Shown here piece after piece: positions 13,463-27,434 of a stretch of 64,000 nt of DNA (the first letter of the stretch is position 1; the number at the start of each line of letters is the position of its first letter). A program made the translations under genes and the position numbers. The stretch spans positions 88,662,001-88,726,000 of the forward strand of contig CM052817.1 in the NCBI GenBank assembly GCA_028534125.1. The letters run 5' to 3'. Source of the DNA: Lama glama. Its lineage: Eukaryota. Below the pieces are notes generated by a model, which worked only from the letters and a program-made list of their open reading frames with translations, did not search any database and had not been told where the DNA came from.

Positions 13463-14120
13463 TGTTAGAGCAGGCAGATAGCTAGATATGAGAAGAGAAA
13501 GGGGGGCACAGACCAAATGGCAGGAATTGGGCAGAAAGGAGGGGCACAGGCCAAATGCAGGAAACCACACATCATGTGAGCAGCAGGGATTCTTGGGCAG
13601 AGAAAGAAGCAGGAACCTTGGGGCTGATAAGGGATCATGCCTTTTGGGATGACAAGTGGCCTGAAGAAGAACAAAGAAAGGTAAGAAAAGGCAGGAGCTT
13701 CTAGTGTCCGAATGTAACCTTTTGCTCATTATGCCCTCATTTCAATAAAATTAGCCTTGCAGATCAGAAGTACCCATCATGCACCGACACCATGACACTT
13801 CCGATCAAGACTGAATAAGGACAAAAATCCCTCCTCCCTTTGGGAAGGTGGAGTTGGGATGATAATCAGGGAATATGACCCCAAGCCCTTCCCTCCCCAA
13901 TAAGTATTTCGCCCATTCGTTTTTTACACCCTATGTAACTAACTTGCCAAAGAAACTCAGGGCAGCCACTCACCTGAGCCTGCCCACTCTCTCCCTGAGA
14001 GTCTACTATCCAACCTTTAATAAATCCTCACTTTACCTTTCTTAGCCTCTAAGTCTTGTCTCTGAATTCTTTCTGGGACAGGACAAGAACCTGGAACACC
14101 GGTTGCATCTATCGGCAACA
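13463..14120 (+). mobile_element. Solo LTR, ERV1-type (copy 2, same family as 6603-7251)
   Basis: TGTT...AACA termini, 4-bp TSD GTAC (13459-13462, 14121-14124), AATAAA at 14019-14024. Confidence 0.93.
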
Positions 14121-17100
14121 GTACCACAAAAGGTGAGGTGGGAAGGAGCACTGAACACAGAGTTGAGGGTCCTACACGCAATATACATATGTACGGTCAC
14201 TTAGAGTATCTCTGCTCTTGACAATAGGGGAGAGCTGTGTGTTTTATAGATATGCCTTATATAATTGTCACAGATCAATCTACCAATGGCAATTAAAACA
14301 ATTAAAGTCTAATTAAAACAAATCCAGTCTCATTCAAACTGAGGTTCAGAAAGATTACCTATGCTATCCATCATTATGCAGGAATCAGGAGCTGAACTAA
14401 CATTCATACTTGACACATTTCTCTAATATTTTTTACTTTTTTTCTACATTTATTTTCAGGTGCATACTGTTTGAGACTTTCCCAATAAGATAAATATTAT
14501 CTAATATTTTCTGTAAAATGAAAAAGAAACAAAACTCTCTTACTTCTACTATTTAATTCAAAACTTGTTATTAAATTGTTATCTTCATTATTTTTTTTTG
14601 TCTTCATAAGTCATAATTGGTAAGTGTTTAAGAATGTTGTCAAATCTAGGAAAAATTAAGCTCCTTTCACATGTCAGGCATTTCAATTTTCTTAGGCAAT
14701 GGCAAATCTTAAATACTGTTTGAATTTCACTAGCCCTTTTGTTGTCAGTGTTTTCATGGCAGTATTTGATATAGTTTCATGCAATCTTCATCAATGTTTG
14801 AATTTCTACATCATCAGGAATAAATTTAAATGTTTTTCCAAATTGTTTATTTGATGATTTCATAGTCAGATTATCAAATAATTCAAGAGCTTCTTTGTTA
14901 ACATCTCTTAAAAATTATCTCTTCCACTTAATAAATTGCTATATTTGAACTAACCTAATTGATATACCAGTGCTTGATTTCCAGATAATGTCTATTGATG
15001 CCATTGTTTTTATTATTTTATTACATTTAAATATTTATTTTATCTCAATTTTATAATAAATAACTTTAAAAGGGACTAAATAAGTTATCCTTTATCCTTT
15101 AATGAACAAATTAGAACTCTATAATTCCTATTGTTTTATTGAGATGTTCCAAAATATTTTTACCATGAAACATTATTTACTCAAATTTTCTTTGACTAAA
15201 TACTAACAATGCCACCCTGCACACCCTGCACATAAGAGGAAAAATTATGATAAAAAGATTGAATATTTTTAACCAATTTAAAATCATTTAAATATCATAA
15301 TTTTGCAAATTTTATAAATATATACATTCATGAGAAAGCCCGCTAAGGCCTCAGAAGGCACCAAATATGTGAGGAACCTGAAATTCAGGCTTTATGAACT
15401 TCACCTGAGGATGGCGTGCCTGCCACACTTTAGGATGTTTCTCATTTTATGAATTCTCCCTCTTTTCTCATTCATTTTCTGGAGTGTAAAGGCCCTTCAT
15501 ATCCCAATGTAGACACTGCTGGTGTCTTTATGGTCCTTCTTGCTTACAACACAAATCTAATATCCTTTGAAGCAGCAATTTGTCCAACTGAAGTATTCAT
15601 TTTAACTCCCTTGCAGCTGACAATGGTCAGTTCTGGTGAAGGAGGTGTGAGCAGAAGTCACACGAAGCCTCAAAGTAAGCTCTCTAAAAGGAAGTGTCTT
15701 TGGTATTTTGCTCATTGTTGCCATAAGATTTAACCGCACTCCTAAATTCCTATTGTAGAAATGTTATTACTCTGTGTTGAGATGAGCCCTGTTTGGTTTG
15801 GCTGTCCTCTTCACAAGGAATCCCCTAAAATGCAGCCCAGTGGATGAAGCATTGGTGCAGATTTCTAGAAACATCCTAGTTGTGACTTTCCAATTACCTA
15901 CTATTGTTCTCTGCCAGTTTATATATCCTGGTGCTTCCTCTTCACCCACAACATCATGTTCCAGAGTTGTAAGGAAGATCAATGAAACCTCTAGACCCAA
16001 GCTGTGGTCACTCAGCTGGGTGTTCTCAGCCCTCACATTGGTCTAGCTCACATTTAGACTTAGATTCACACATACCCCTGTTCTCTTTCAGTATTATCTT
16101 TCAGACTCAGTCCAAATGCTCTATTTTTCAAGATGGTTTCTTATTTTAACAATAGAATTCTCTCTCTCATAGCACTTTATCAGTGTTCCTTTTGGCAACA
16201 GGAAAGATGTCAAAAGAACTAATCTATTCCCAAAATATTACTTAGCTATTACAATTTATTAGAAGAGTTAAGCATTCATTTCATGCTGAAAAATACATTT
16301 CATTGCATCATGGAAGTAAATATATTATTTAGTTTCTTTCATTACAATAATGAAGATGAATAAAATGGTGAAGATGATGATGAGAAGGTAGCAGTATAAC
16401 TTTGTAATTAAATCTTATAAAATTTCTATGTCTGAGTTTTTTCCATTTTGAAAGGGGAGGGTAATATATTGGGCTATTGAGGAGAGTAAATGAAATTATC
16501 CACATAAAACATTTAATATACAGTCTAGAATTTTAAACAATTTTTAAATGTTTTTATTATTTGATACAAGGCTTACATTTGCATGTAAAATGAAGTAACA
16601 GAATATTAAATCTAGGCCATAAAGACCTCGGTTCTTTTTGTGAAAGAGGGAAATGAAATTAAGTTTCCATCTTTTTTTGGAAGAGGTCATAAGACCAAAA
16701 TGACTAGAAAGCAATTAATTTATGAAATTTTTATCATGTAATGTACTTCATATGAAATCCTGTACTTCTTTCTAATTCTCAGTTTTTCCTCCAATAGTGC
16801 TAATGGCAAAATCTAAAGAAAGGGGAAAAAATTGCAAACTCAATATAAACCTAACTTCTATTATTTAGGGAGCAATGAATGCAGATTAATGAAAATATAA
16901 CAATTTGGTTTGAGCACTCATCTGTAAATAATATCTATTTTATTACACTAGTGTGAATAACGTCTCATGAGAAAAGTTTCAGAAATACCCTTTTACTTCC
17001 AGTATTTCTGAAATTCACAAAATTGTATTCTTACACATTTCCTGATGACAAATGACTTTGCTTTAGTATATTACATATACACATATATATTTGAGTCCTC

Positions 17101-19339
17101 TGCTTGCATCTGTCTTATCTTTATTTTATCTACAGAATTACTTAGCACAGTTTCATACATAAGTAGATTGTGGAGTGAGTATTTTTGAAAATATAAATAA
17201 CTTATTTTGGCTATTTCTCCATGACACTTATATAGACACCACCAGAACCACTATACTTATTTCTGTGACAACTACAAGTACACAGTAAAATAAAAGTTTC
17301 AGTTTTAGACTCTTTTACAGTTTGTATATGGTATCTCTCTATACCTCCAGCACTTTGAAGTTTTTACTAAATCCAGTGATAAACTTTTATAACTTTGAGG
17401 AAAACTACAGTAAAACTAAATTTATGTACTCTTTTATTATTTGATCAATAAAATATATAGAATAAATGAGAAATATACTTGCTCAGCTTACAATTTGCCT
17501 CAGGAATTTAAGAAACACATTTCATGCAAGAGTCTAATTAGACAATTTATATTTAAAATCAGAGACTCTTTAAATTGTATTCAATCACTCAAACCTAATA
17601 GTGTGTGATCAATTACATCCATCTTTTTTTCTTAATGTGCCACAATGATATAGAGTTAAAAAACATTTTAGAACTGCTGTGTATTTAATTCACTAATAAA
17701 ATGCTCAAGATAATGCTATCTAAGGAAGATGTATTTATTACTAATACTCAGATATGTAATTTCCTAAAAATTAATATTTATAATTTTGAATTCCAGCATT
17801 CAAGGTATAGTACAATATATGGACACAAAGTCATGGATATGATTTTTATTCAAATATTCCCCAGCTATATGAAATTTTTAAATTTACATATAAGGAATTG
17901 GCACTGTTCTATTTACTACTATACACATAGAATTTGTTTTGCCCCAGGAATATATTTTATTTTTTATTGTATTCTTTGTAAAATTATTATTTTAAGAACA
18001 CAGGCAAGAAAAATGAGCAGCAAATGCTTAAACGTCTATTTAAAAGTTAAGCTACATGCTGTGAGATATAATGTTACATAACAATTCTAAGGAGTCACAT
18101 ATGACTCATTAGGTCCTTTTTATACAAATACAAAACTAGATTAAAACTGAGGATTTAAAAGCATGAAAAGTAGGTAGTATAAAATAAATATATATATACT
18201 ATGCCATGTTACAAGATATTTAATAATATCCTCAAGTTGTTATAAAGACCTGAGTATTTTTGGAGCAACATAAGTTATTGATTCTAAATTTAAAAATGTA
18301 TATTCCATATTCTTCTTTCTGGAAGAAAGCATGAAGAAGTATATTCTTTTAGATGCATACACCTTAACTTCTATTTTATTAACCATGCTATTTAAAAAAA
18401 AAAAAACCTGAATTAGTACTTGATGCTTATTTTATCTTCTTTTTCTTATTTGGAATACAAAACCTATTTTTTGATTCTTTACTGTATCATTTGGTCTTTA
18501 TTAGGTTTTGAATCTTTACAACTGAATGTATCTAATTTTAGTTGTGACATAATATTTTTCATTTCTAAAAAAATACCCCACTGTACAGATGAAACATACT
18601 TTTAATATGCTGGACATAAAGCTTTGCAGATCTGAAGGTTTAATATTATTCCTTAACTTTATGCCAGTGGGGTGCACTTTTTCACAGTAATATATTTGAT
18701 ATAGTTATAACAATCAAACTGTTACACTAAACAAATAGATACAATGAATCTGTATTTGTATCTAGAGATTTCTGAAATTGGAAAGAGAGTTTGACTTAAT
18801 CCTCAGATCTCTAGCACACAGAGAAACTAAACCTATTTTTACACAGGAAAATTGAAAAGATGAAGCAAATACATGAATGATTCAGTCTAAAGAAATTACC
18901 TTGTCATTTTGCAAGAAGAGCTTGAAGCCTAAATTTAGATATCCCTATTATTTACTTTTTATCAAATCTAATACCTTGCTAAACTGAAATCACTTTTGTT
19001 TAATATTAAAACATTCTTAATGGAAAATACACATTGTCAAGCAAAATTTATCTAGAATTCAGAATATGTTTGCTAAATACACACTGTATTTCCAGTGTAT
19101 GTAGGTAAAGTTATCTTATTAAATTGTGGGACTATGAGTCTATCAGTGGTAGTATAAAACAATGAATATGTTTGAATCACACTTGAATTTCAACAACACA
19201 ATCTCTTATTTTCATGGTTAATTTTTAAACAATTGGACAGGGAAATAAAATATAAGTTTTGGTGTTGTATGAATTATATCCTGAGTCCTAATTATTCTCT
19301 ATAGTACCCATGCAGAAATATACCTACACCCATTACTTA

Positions 19340-20350
19340 ATTATCAACTATTTTTTGATGAGTTCCACATTTTTTCCTCCAGTTCAATTTTCTCTCAGAA
19401 TACCAAGTACCTACAAGACAACTCAGTATGTATGATCGCAAAATCCCTCAGCCCAATATATACAAAAACTTAAGCTGACATGTCCTTCAAATAATCTTTC
19501 CTATAAATTCTCTATCTCAGTAAGTGGCACCCATCAACTGCACCCAAATGCTTAAACAAGAACCCCATGTATTACTCATAATCCCTCTCTCTTTCTTCCT
19601 TACACTCTTAGTCTGGTTCCTACTTACTCTCTGGCACTAGCCACCCCCTCTTTCCGCTTCTTCCAGGCAAACTTTGAGTTCCTTTATAAACTTTGCTTTT
19701 GTTATAAACTTTTTTTATTAAGTTATAGTTGATGCACAATATTATATAAGTTATAGGTGTACAATATAGTGATTCATAATTTTTAAAGGTTATACTCCGC
19801 TTACAGTTATTATAAAATAATGGCTATATTACCTGAATCGTACAATGTATCCTTGTAGCTTTTTTTCACACATAATAATGTGTACCTCTTACTCTTCTCC
19901 ATGTTGCTCCTCCTTCTTTCCTCTCCCTACTGGCAACCACTGGTTTATTGTCTGTGTGTGTGAGTCTGCTTCTTTTTTGTTATAGTCACTAACTTGTCAT
20001 AGTTTTTAGTTTCCACATATAAATGATACTGCTCTGACTCTTACTTCTGCTAGAAATATACTCTTCATCTCCTCCTAATTTATCAGCTAACCCTACTCAT
20101 CTTAAATTGATCTTATTTTAGACACTACTTCGTCCCAGATGTCATTATAAACAACCAAATGGGCTTCTCGGGAGCTATGAGCCTCAATGGTGTCCTGTGT
20201 TGTAATTGCTTTTTTACTTCAGAATTAGAAGCAATTCCCCCAGTAGTTTCTTAGTTCCTTGATGGCAGGCAACATGTCTAGCATGTTCAGCATAGAAATT
20301 CCCAGTACATGGCCCAAAAGCTTGCCAAAGCAAGTCTTTGTGGAGTTAAT
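19340..20350 (+). mobile_element. Degenerate L2 interrupted by an L1 3' fragment
   Basis: TCTCAGTAAGTGGCACCCATC on the left and L2-like 3' end (TTAGTTCCTTGATGGCAGGCAACATGTCT...TTAATGAAT) on the right; boundaries approximate. Confidence 0.5.
19710..20029 (-). mobile_element. 5'-truncated L1 3' UTR fragment
   Basis: T-run then TATAGTTGATGCACAATATTATATAAGTT...GGCAACCACTGG...GTGAGTCTGCTTC...TTCCACATATAAATGATA, typical of a laurasiatherian L1 3' end. Confidence 0.85.
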
Positions 20351-22989
20351 GAATTTCAAAACTACAAGATGTTCAGGGTACAGAGGAACACTTCAAATTT
20401 ATATGTGAAACATGTATCATATGTAAGAACTATCAATCTCATGAAATTTATTGGTGATGACATCTTTATAAAGAAAAATTTCACTTAGATTCTATAATTA
20501 AGAATGACTAGATATGGAGTAATCATAGTAGATATCCCATTCCTTTTCTAGATATGTGTAGAGGCCCTGATAAATTAGACATATGAATTCAAGTATTATG
20601 AGGTTTTATTTTAATTGAAAAAGACTTTAAAACAGAATGTTAAAAGAATGAGATACTTTTCATAAAGTTACAGTAATTCTTTATAAGTGATTTTGAATCT
20701 ACTACAATGTAACCAAAGAATCTGCAAAATGGCATCTTGAATCTGCAGTCAGATTTATAATTTATTGTTCACTAAAAATTGTTCTAAGGTTTCTCTTCCT
20801 TTCAGTTACACTGAGATTCTAGTAAAGTTGTTTTACTCCTGTTGAAGCCTTATGCTTATTTATTTCTCCCTTGAATCAAGCATTTGAATCTTATCTGAGG
20901 TTGTGATTAAGAACCACCCAAAGAGTAAGCTCTCCCTTTGGCCCCTGGTCTAAGAAATATAGCTCTTATGCACAGACTGCCCACCCTTTCAGACACATGG
21001 CGACTTCCTCCACCTCAGTTGTTTCAGTAGTACGTATGTAAGTTCTCTGTTTCCTCCTTTTCAGCTTCTTTAATGTTTTTATAATTTTAAGATATAATCA
21101 TAAGATCTCCTGTTCAACTTTGTGATTTTCTTCCTTTCCCCCTCATCATTTACCTCTTTCTTTTTCCAATAACCCTGCAGAGGAATGACTTGCAAACCCT
21201 ATCGATTGCCGCCAAAATTCTCAAAGGTGAAAGATTGATTCATTTCAAAGTGAAAATTTCCATTGAAGAATATTACAAAGGTAAAATCATAGTTGTGAAG
21301 GCACAATTTTTTTCCAACATAAAAGTAGCATGTAGCTCATTTCATTTGTAACAATAGATTCAGCATGATTTCCCCTCTTGAAGGAAACAAAAGACAATAA
21401 TATAATGATATACTGATACTGTATCCCTATATATACAGACTTTCAATAAGTATTTATTGAAAGAATGGAAGTTATTCATAAACTTGAGCTTGAAGAGCCC
21501 GATGGAATGGAATCTGTTCTCAGCAAGGAAGTTTCATATTTAGGGATAGAGAACAATGGTACGATCTGATTAAGGAAACTCAGAGGAGATACAGCCAACA
21601 TAGAGAAAAGCAATAGAGGAAGGGACAGGCAGCAGAAAGAGAAGTTTCTGAAGGAGGCGTTGCTAATAACCATGCTGTACTTGAGAAAAGGCTTTCTTCC
21701 CTGACTCCATTATTTTCACATGCTAGCTCACCCTGAAAGCTGTGTCCCCATATAAAAGCACAGTAGGTAACTTTTCTGGTCCCAGAAAAAAAATTCCACT
21801 CTGTAATCTGTAACCTGCCTTTAATTTTACATATTTTCTTCTACTCATCTTTGGATGGTATTCATTTCTTGAAGGATAAACTATGTGGCTTACCAAATTC
21901 AGACAAGTAGGATCCAGTCCAGGTAAAAGATGAGTACATTGTTTTTATATTAGTTGTACTAACAAGGCACAATCTTGATCATAAATAATTGAGCAGAATA
22001 GTAAGTGCAAAGCCATAAAAATCTAAAATATAAAAATATAATCTCTTTCTGTATATTCATATATTTCTCATACATTTCATATATCTGTGTGTATTCATAT
22101 ATATGTATATGTGTGTGTGCTTATTTGTGTGTTTAATTTTGAATTGTATTATTTAATTTGATTTATTTACACAGATATTATGTACTTTATACGACTATGT
22201 ATACAAACTACACATACAAGTGCACACACACACACGTATACCCTATGCAAGTAAACAGGTCAAATTAATTTGTTGCAACTCTTTAAAATTTTTACATTTA
22301 ACTATACTTTGACTGCTTGATAGAAATAATTTTAGTGTTAGTTTTATAAAGGAATACTTCTTGGTAGTGCAATTATGATATTGTTAAATTTTGTGTACAT
22401 CTCCCTAAAACTAAGTCACATTGCCCTGAATGGAATGAGTTATGCTATAGTAAACACACTATAAATCCTCCAAGGATTTAAGCCAACCTGCAAACAATTT
22501 AGATTTTGTTTTGTGACAACATATACAGAGAGTTTTAAAAACTGTTAATCCCTTTTATCCATAGGTGCAAAAGAAAAGTGCCAAAAATGGCTGTTTAAAA
22601 ACAAGAATGTAGTATTCCTAGAGTTACCAGTGGTAGAGAGCTATTCCACCACCAACCCCTCCACAAAAGTATCTGGGTTTCCACAATATCCTACCAGTGT
22701 GCCAGGACCAAGGACTCAAAAACTACATAGTGTAACAGACAAGATAACAAAGTCAGACCCAAGGGATCAGGACACATTGTGCTGATAAAAGCTTTTGTCA
22801 CAACATATCCTACAGTCCCCAAAGGCATACAGCGTGAACACAGTAAGCAAACAGTTTTATTCTTAGTACAGATTGGGTCAGTTAATCTCCCTTATTTTCC
22901 CTATTGGCAAAACATGAATGTGGCCCAGAATATGTAGAAATGGGCCTAATGTTCAAACACAACAGGCCCCTTAGTGTGTTTTCCCTAAG

Positions 22990-23750
22990 TTGTGGACTTC
23001 AGTGTGTGTGGTGTGCACACCAGAGGATATGCACACTAAGCCATTAGGATGCAGGAAAAACACAATTCATATTTCTGGTAATTTCTATATTAAAAATAAG
23101 TTAAACTTTTCAATATTTTATACATGGATTTGCACTGATGGCAAATTATATTTCCGATAATCATGTTTCAGGTAAGGTACTAACGGTAATTTGAGAGAAG
23201 AACGGGGATGCTGACAGTGGTGTCTCCAGTACTAATATATATTATACCATCTATTTTAAGTTAAACTAAGGCAAACTCCATAAAATGCAAAGGTTATTTT
23301 AAAGATTCTTCTAAATAAACTAGGTTGAAGATAATGATATATAAGTTTAAGGAAACAAGACTGGTAGAGCTGACATTTCTGCACTTAACTGTGGGATTAC
23401 AATCAGTCTTTCCTACAAAAGCCCTGGTTATCTACTGGGGTCTGAAACTTAAAGAATTAAGAAAACTTTTTGATATAAAGACTTATATCCACTATTGTTC
23501 ATGAACCTCATTTCAGGTGCATTTTGCCTTGAGAATTAATTTATGATCACATCAAACTTCAAAATCCAGAAGTCATTTCAATATATTTTTAAAGAATTTC
23601 AACTTTATCTCAGTCTTTGAAAATGACTGTACCTGCATTATAGTTTTAACATGTATACAATTTATAATCAGCAAATACATGTTCAATAGGTGTGGTCAAA
23701 ATTTATTGTACTGATAGGAAAAGTGTCTGATGAAGTCCCGAGACCTATGC
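22990..23750. mobile_element. Old hAT-Charlie-type DNA transposon remnant
   Basis: GTGTGCACACCAGAGGATATGCAC...CCATTAGGATGCAGGAAAAA resembles a recalled Charlie terminal sequence; right end AAATTTATTGTACTGATAGG...GAGACC; subfamily uncertain. Confidence 0.5.
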
Positions 23751-24268
23751 ATTGGAGGACTGTGTGCTCTGGCACAAATCATTAGGGGCCTTTGGGACAA
23801 AAACGAAATGCAATCTTACAAGGCAGCTGGAGACAGTACTTAGAACTAGATAATCCATTTCATGGTTATGCCCAGATATGACACTGAGAGAAACAAACAT
23901 ATTTCATTCATTTTACTAACATTTATTGAGCCTACCGTATAAAGGGTGATAACAATTACGCTGAGAATAAAGGCAAAGAGATCACTCCAGGCAGAAGGCA
24001 GACATTTAAAAATTGGTGAAAAGTGTGTTTCGTGTGGGACTATAGAGCATTTGTTATGTCTCAACCAGGTTTCCCTCTTTACTGCTTCCTGGCTCTGAGG
24101 GTACCAAGTTACTGAACTTACGTTATCTCACTGTAAAATAACAGTGGTAGTAGCACACAACTCACAGGTTTAAGATGATGCTTGAATTACTGCATGCAAA
24201 GCACTTTAACACAAAGTCTGCCATTTTCTAGTTGCTGGCTAGAGTTACCTTACCGTAGACTCTGCTTT

Positions 24269-24655
24269 TTCTTTCTGCAAAATCTTTTCTAACTTTATTT
24301 ACACCCAGTAGTTCCCAAATTTAGTTCACTTCTTACTTACTTATTTTTTTTATTGAAGTATAGTCGATTTACAATGTGTTAATTTCTGGTGTACAGTATA
24401 GTGATTCAGTTATACTTGTGTATATTCGTTTTCATATTCTTTTTCATTATAGGCTATTACAAGACATTGCACATAGTTCCCTGTACTATACGGTAGGACA
24501 TTTGTTGTTTATCTATTTTATATATAGTAGTTAGTATCTGCAAATCCTGAACTCCCAATTTCTCTCTCCAACACCCCTTTCCCCCTGGTAACCCTAAGTT
24601 TGTTTTCTATGTCTGTGAGTCTGTTTCTGTTTTGTAAATAAGTTCATTTGCGTCA
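24269..24655 (-). mobile_element. Young truncated L1 3' end (24341-24655) with extra 3' segment
   Basis: L1 tail TTTATTGAAGTATAGTCGATTTACAATG...; exact 13-bp TSD TAGACTCTGCTTT at 24256-24268 and 24656-24668. Confidence 0.88.
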
Positions 24656-27434
24656 TAGACTCTGCTTTGTAGTAGAAGTCTCTCTATTTTTATTCCGTAT
24701 TGAATTAACAGCACATGGCATCTTGTTTTAACATAGCAGTGATTGCTGACGGAATAAATAACTCAATAAATGAAAAGTCAAGTACACACATGTCAGCAGG
24801 AGAAGGTTGGAAAGGCAAGTCTAGGAGAATAGTTATAACTTGGCTTACCCACTTATTAAGAGTAATCTAGCAGTGGCATGATGATAAATACTTTATCGAA
24901 AATTTATGTACCAATTTATATATCAATATATTACACTGTTGGACATTTTTAATATAATCTATATGATGTATAATAAGGAATTTGTATGATGAAGTGTAGT
25001 GTACCCTACAGATAGTTTATAATCTAATATCCTATGTTTTGTTTTCTGATACATGTTTTAAAGTTATGATAAGCCTCAATTAATGGTAAGTATCTTTACT
25101 TTGAACTATCATCCTCAATATTTTCAATTTCTTAGGCATAATTTTGCTTTAGGGCTGCATGTATTTAAGGTTGCATGTGAAGCTTTTCTGAAGCCTTTTA
25201 AAAATATAGAAGTATTAAAAATACTATTTTTCAATATAATTAAATTAATTCAAACAGAAATTTATGAGAAAAAACCAATTATAAAATCTTTCTTTTTGAT
25301 ATTTCCAAAAATATATACTAAAATGTAAATCTATTTCCTTACTATATCTGTATACATTATCATAAAGCTAAAACTTTAACTGCTTTGTTCTGCAAGGTTA
25401 ATTTTTAATGCCATCTTGTTAAAATATGTTACTGAACATTAAGAAATTAAGATGTGTTGAGTTTAAATTATAATGTGGCAGAATGTAGAAACTGAATAAT
25501 GGAGTAAATGAAGAGATACCACATAAGATGAAAATAATATCATTTGCATAAAAACCTACAAATTACTGAAAATGACATCCTTCTTGTTTAATACATTTAA
25601 TCTATTTTTTGTTTCTCACTGAATATTCTTATAAGATTAACACCATAGTACTCTGGATGGATGCTACCAAAAATAACAAAACCAGGCTGATTGATTACAT
25701 TACCTATTCATTGCTATTCAGTCCAGAGCTTTTATTCTTAACAAACAACAATAATCTCTAATTAGTGCTCCCAGATATTTTTCAAATTTTAAATACAAAC
25801 TATTCTCCTCAACCTTCTCCCCCTCACTCTCTGCAGACAAATTTGCTCTCCATTTTGTGAAAACCTTCAGTTTCTCTTCTTAGGGCTCATGATTGCATGA
25901 CTCTCACTCCCTTTTCTTTATCTCAAAACTGATTCTTCTTCTTCTACAAAGCTAATTACCCCACTTACATCCTTGATTCCATCTCCAATCTTACAACTCA
26001 GATTTTACTCAAATGTTCTGGATCATCTTTTTTTTTTTTTTTCTCCTTTGAATCATTTCTTCTGTCTACCATGACCAAAACCAAACAAAATTTAAGGCAC
26101 AATTCATTTCAGTATGTAATTGGAATTTACATCCCTCTAACCCTGATTAAGGAATCATTCTCTCCTTGTCTCAGTTGGCACTTGATGTCTTTCTGTGTAA
26201 CAAAAACAGCGTTCAAACATTGATTCTGTAGTTTGCATGCAGCATCAGAACTGGATAGACTAGCACTAACTTTGAAACCTTAGGGAAGTTAATCTTGCTG
26301 TACCTTTGACTAAAACATGTCTAAAAACAGGGAAAATAATAGTGCCAACCTCCCAACATTGTGTGAAGATTAAATATATGTAAGTCAAGGGCCAGCGACT
26401 GCATACAGAGTACTGTACAGACAACTGAAACAATCTTACTATTAAAACCATCAGAGTGCTGTTGCTGACCCAACTACCTCACTTTCCACCTTTCTATTTA
26501 AAATGGCAGTAATCTGACTTGTCTTTTTTACTTCAACTTTTCGCCTCGGTCTCCTGGATCTTCAGTTCTCACAGCCCTCATTCTCTAGAACACAGGTCAC
26601 TGGGACCCCCTTCTTGAATGTGACTCCTCGCCTCCCCAGTATCTGAGTGGCCGGCTCCTCTCTCAGCTGCTTCTCTTGTCCTGTTTCGTATCCTCTTCCA
26701 GCTTTTACTTTCATCTACTCAGAGTTTCCCTGAGGTTCTATACTTTACCTTCTCCTCCCTGTCTATGCATTCTTGCTCTGTTCTATTTATGACCTTCAAG
26801 TTAACATCACATATGAAAAAGTTGTCCTTCTGAGAAACCAGAATATAACGCATGGTACAGAAGTTATCTGATCGTTTCCCTTTGTCCTAGTCTCCTCTTG
26901 TTTTCCTCCCAGAGGCAAGAAATCTTCTGACCAGTACCATCACTCTATAGTACCATCACTCTACAAATTATATAGTATTCTTATGCTTTTTTAATGCAAA
27001 TGTTATTTAATTGTATATTTTTCTGTACCTTGCTTTAAATCCAACAAGTCATTTGGAAGATTAACTATTTTGGTGGAGTGCATCTAGCACATTCCACTTT
27101 ACTTTCAGCAGTATCTACCTACCATCTATATCACATTTTACTAAACATTTCCCCTATTAATATGTTATTAATATGTCTTCTTACTTGATTTCCTAGTAAT
27201 AGTTACATTTCTGTAAACCTATTTCTCTATTATGAGAAGAACTAAAGTATATATCTGTATGCTTTTCTCCTGGAACTTTGATGACACAACCACAAACTGG
27301 CAGGCAGCATAGTGTTTTCAGCTTACAACTGTGTCTTATTAGTCTTCAGGGTATTTCTTTATTGTCTCAATTTGGAACTGAGTTTTCTTTTTCCTGGATT
27401 ATGGCTTTAGAAATGCCTAAGTGAGACCTGTTCT

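Noticed and set aside
6603..14120. Full-length endogenous retrovirus
   Set aside because: Each LTR has its own different TSD; no PBS, PPT or gag/pol/env; the interval contains ancient host repeats.
17701..18081. 126-aa plus-strand ORF
   Set aside because: Composition (I/F/K/N/Y-rich) is that of random AT-rich DNA; no recognisable homology.
18092..18108. AP-1 site TGACTCA within a short inverted repeat
   Set aside because: A 7-mer is expected several times by chance in 64 kb; no supporting context.
26933..26963. Short tandem duplications (AGTACCATCACTCTA x2; also TGGACAATTCT x2 at 63675-63696)
   Set aside because: Two-copy slippage duplications with no spacers; not CRISPR-like or array-like.
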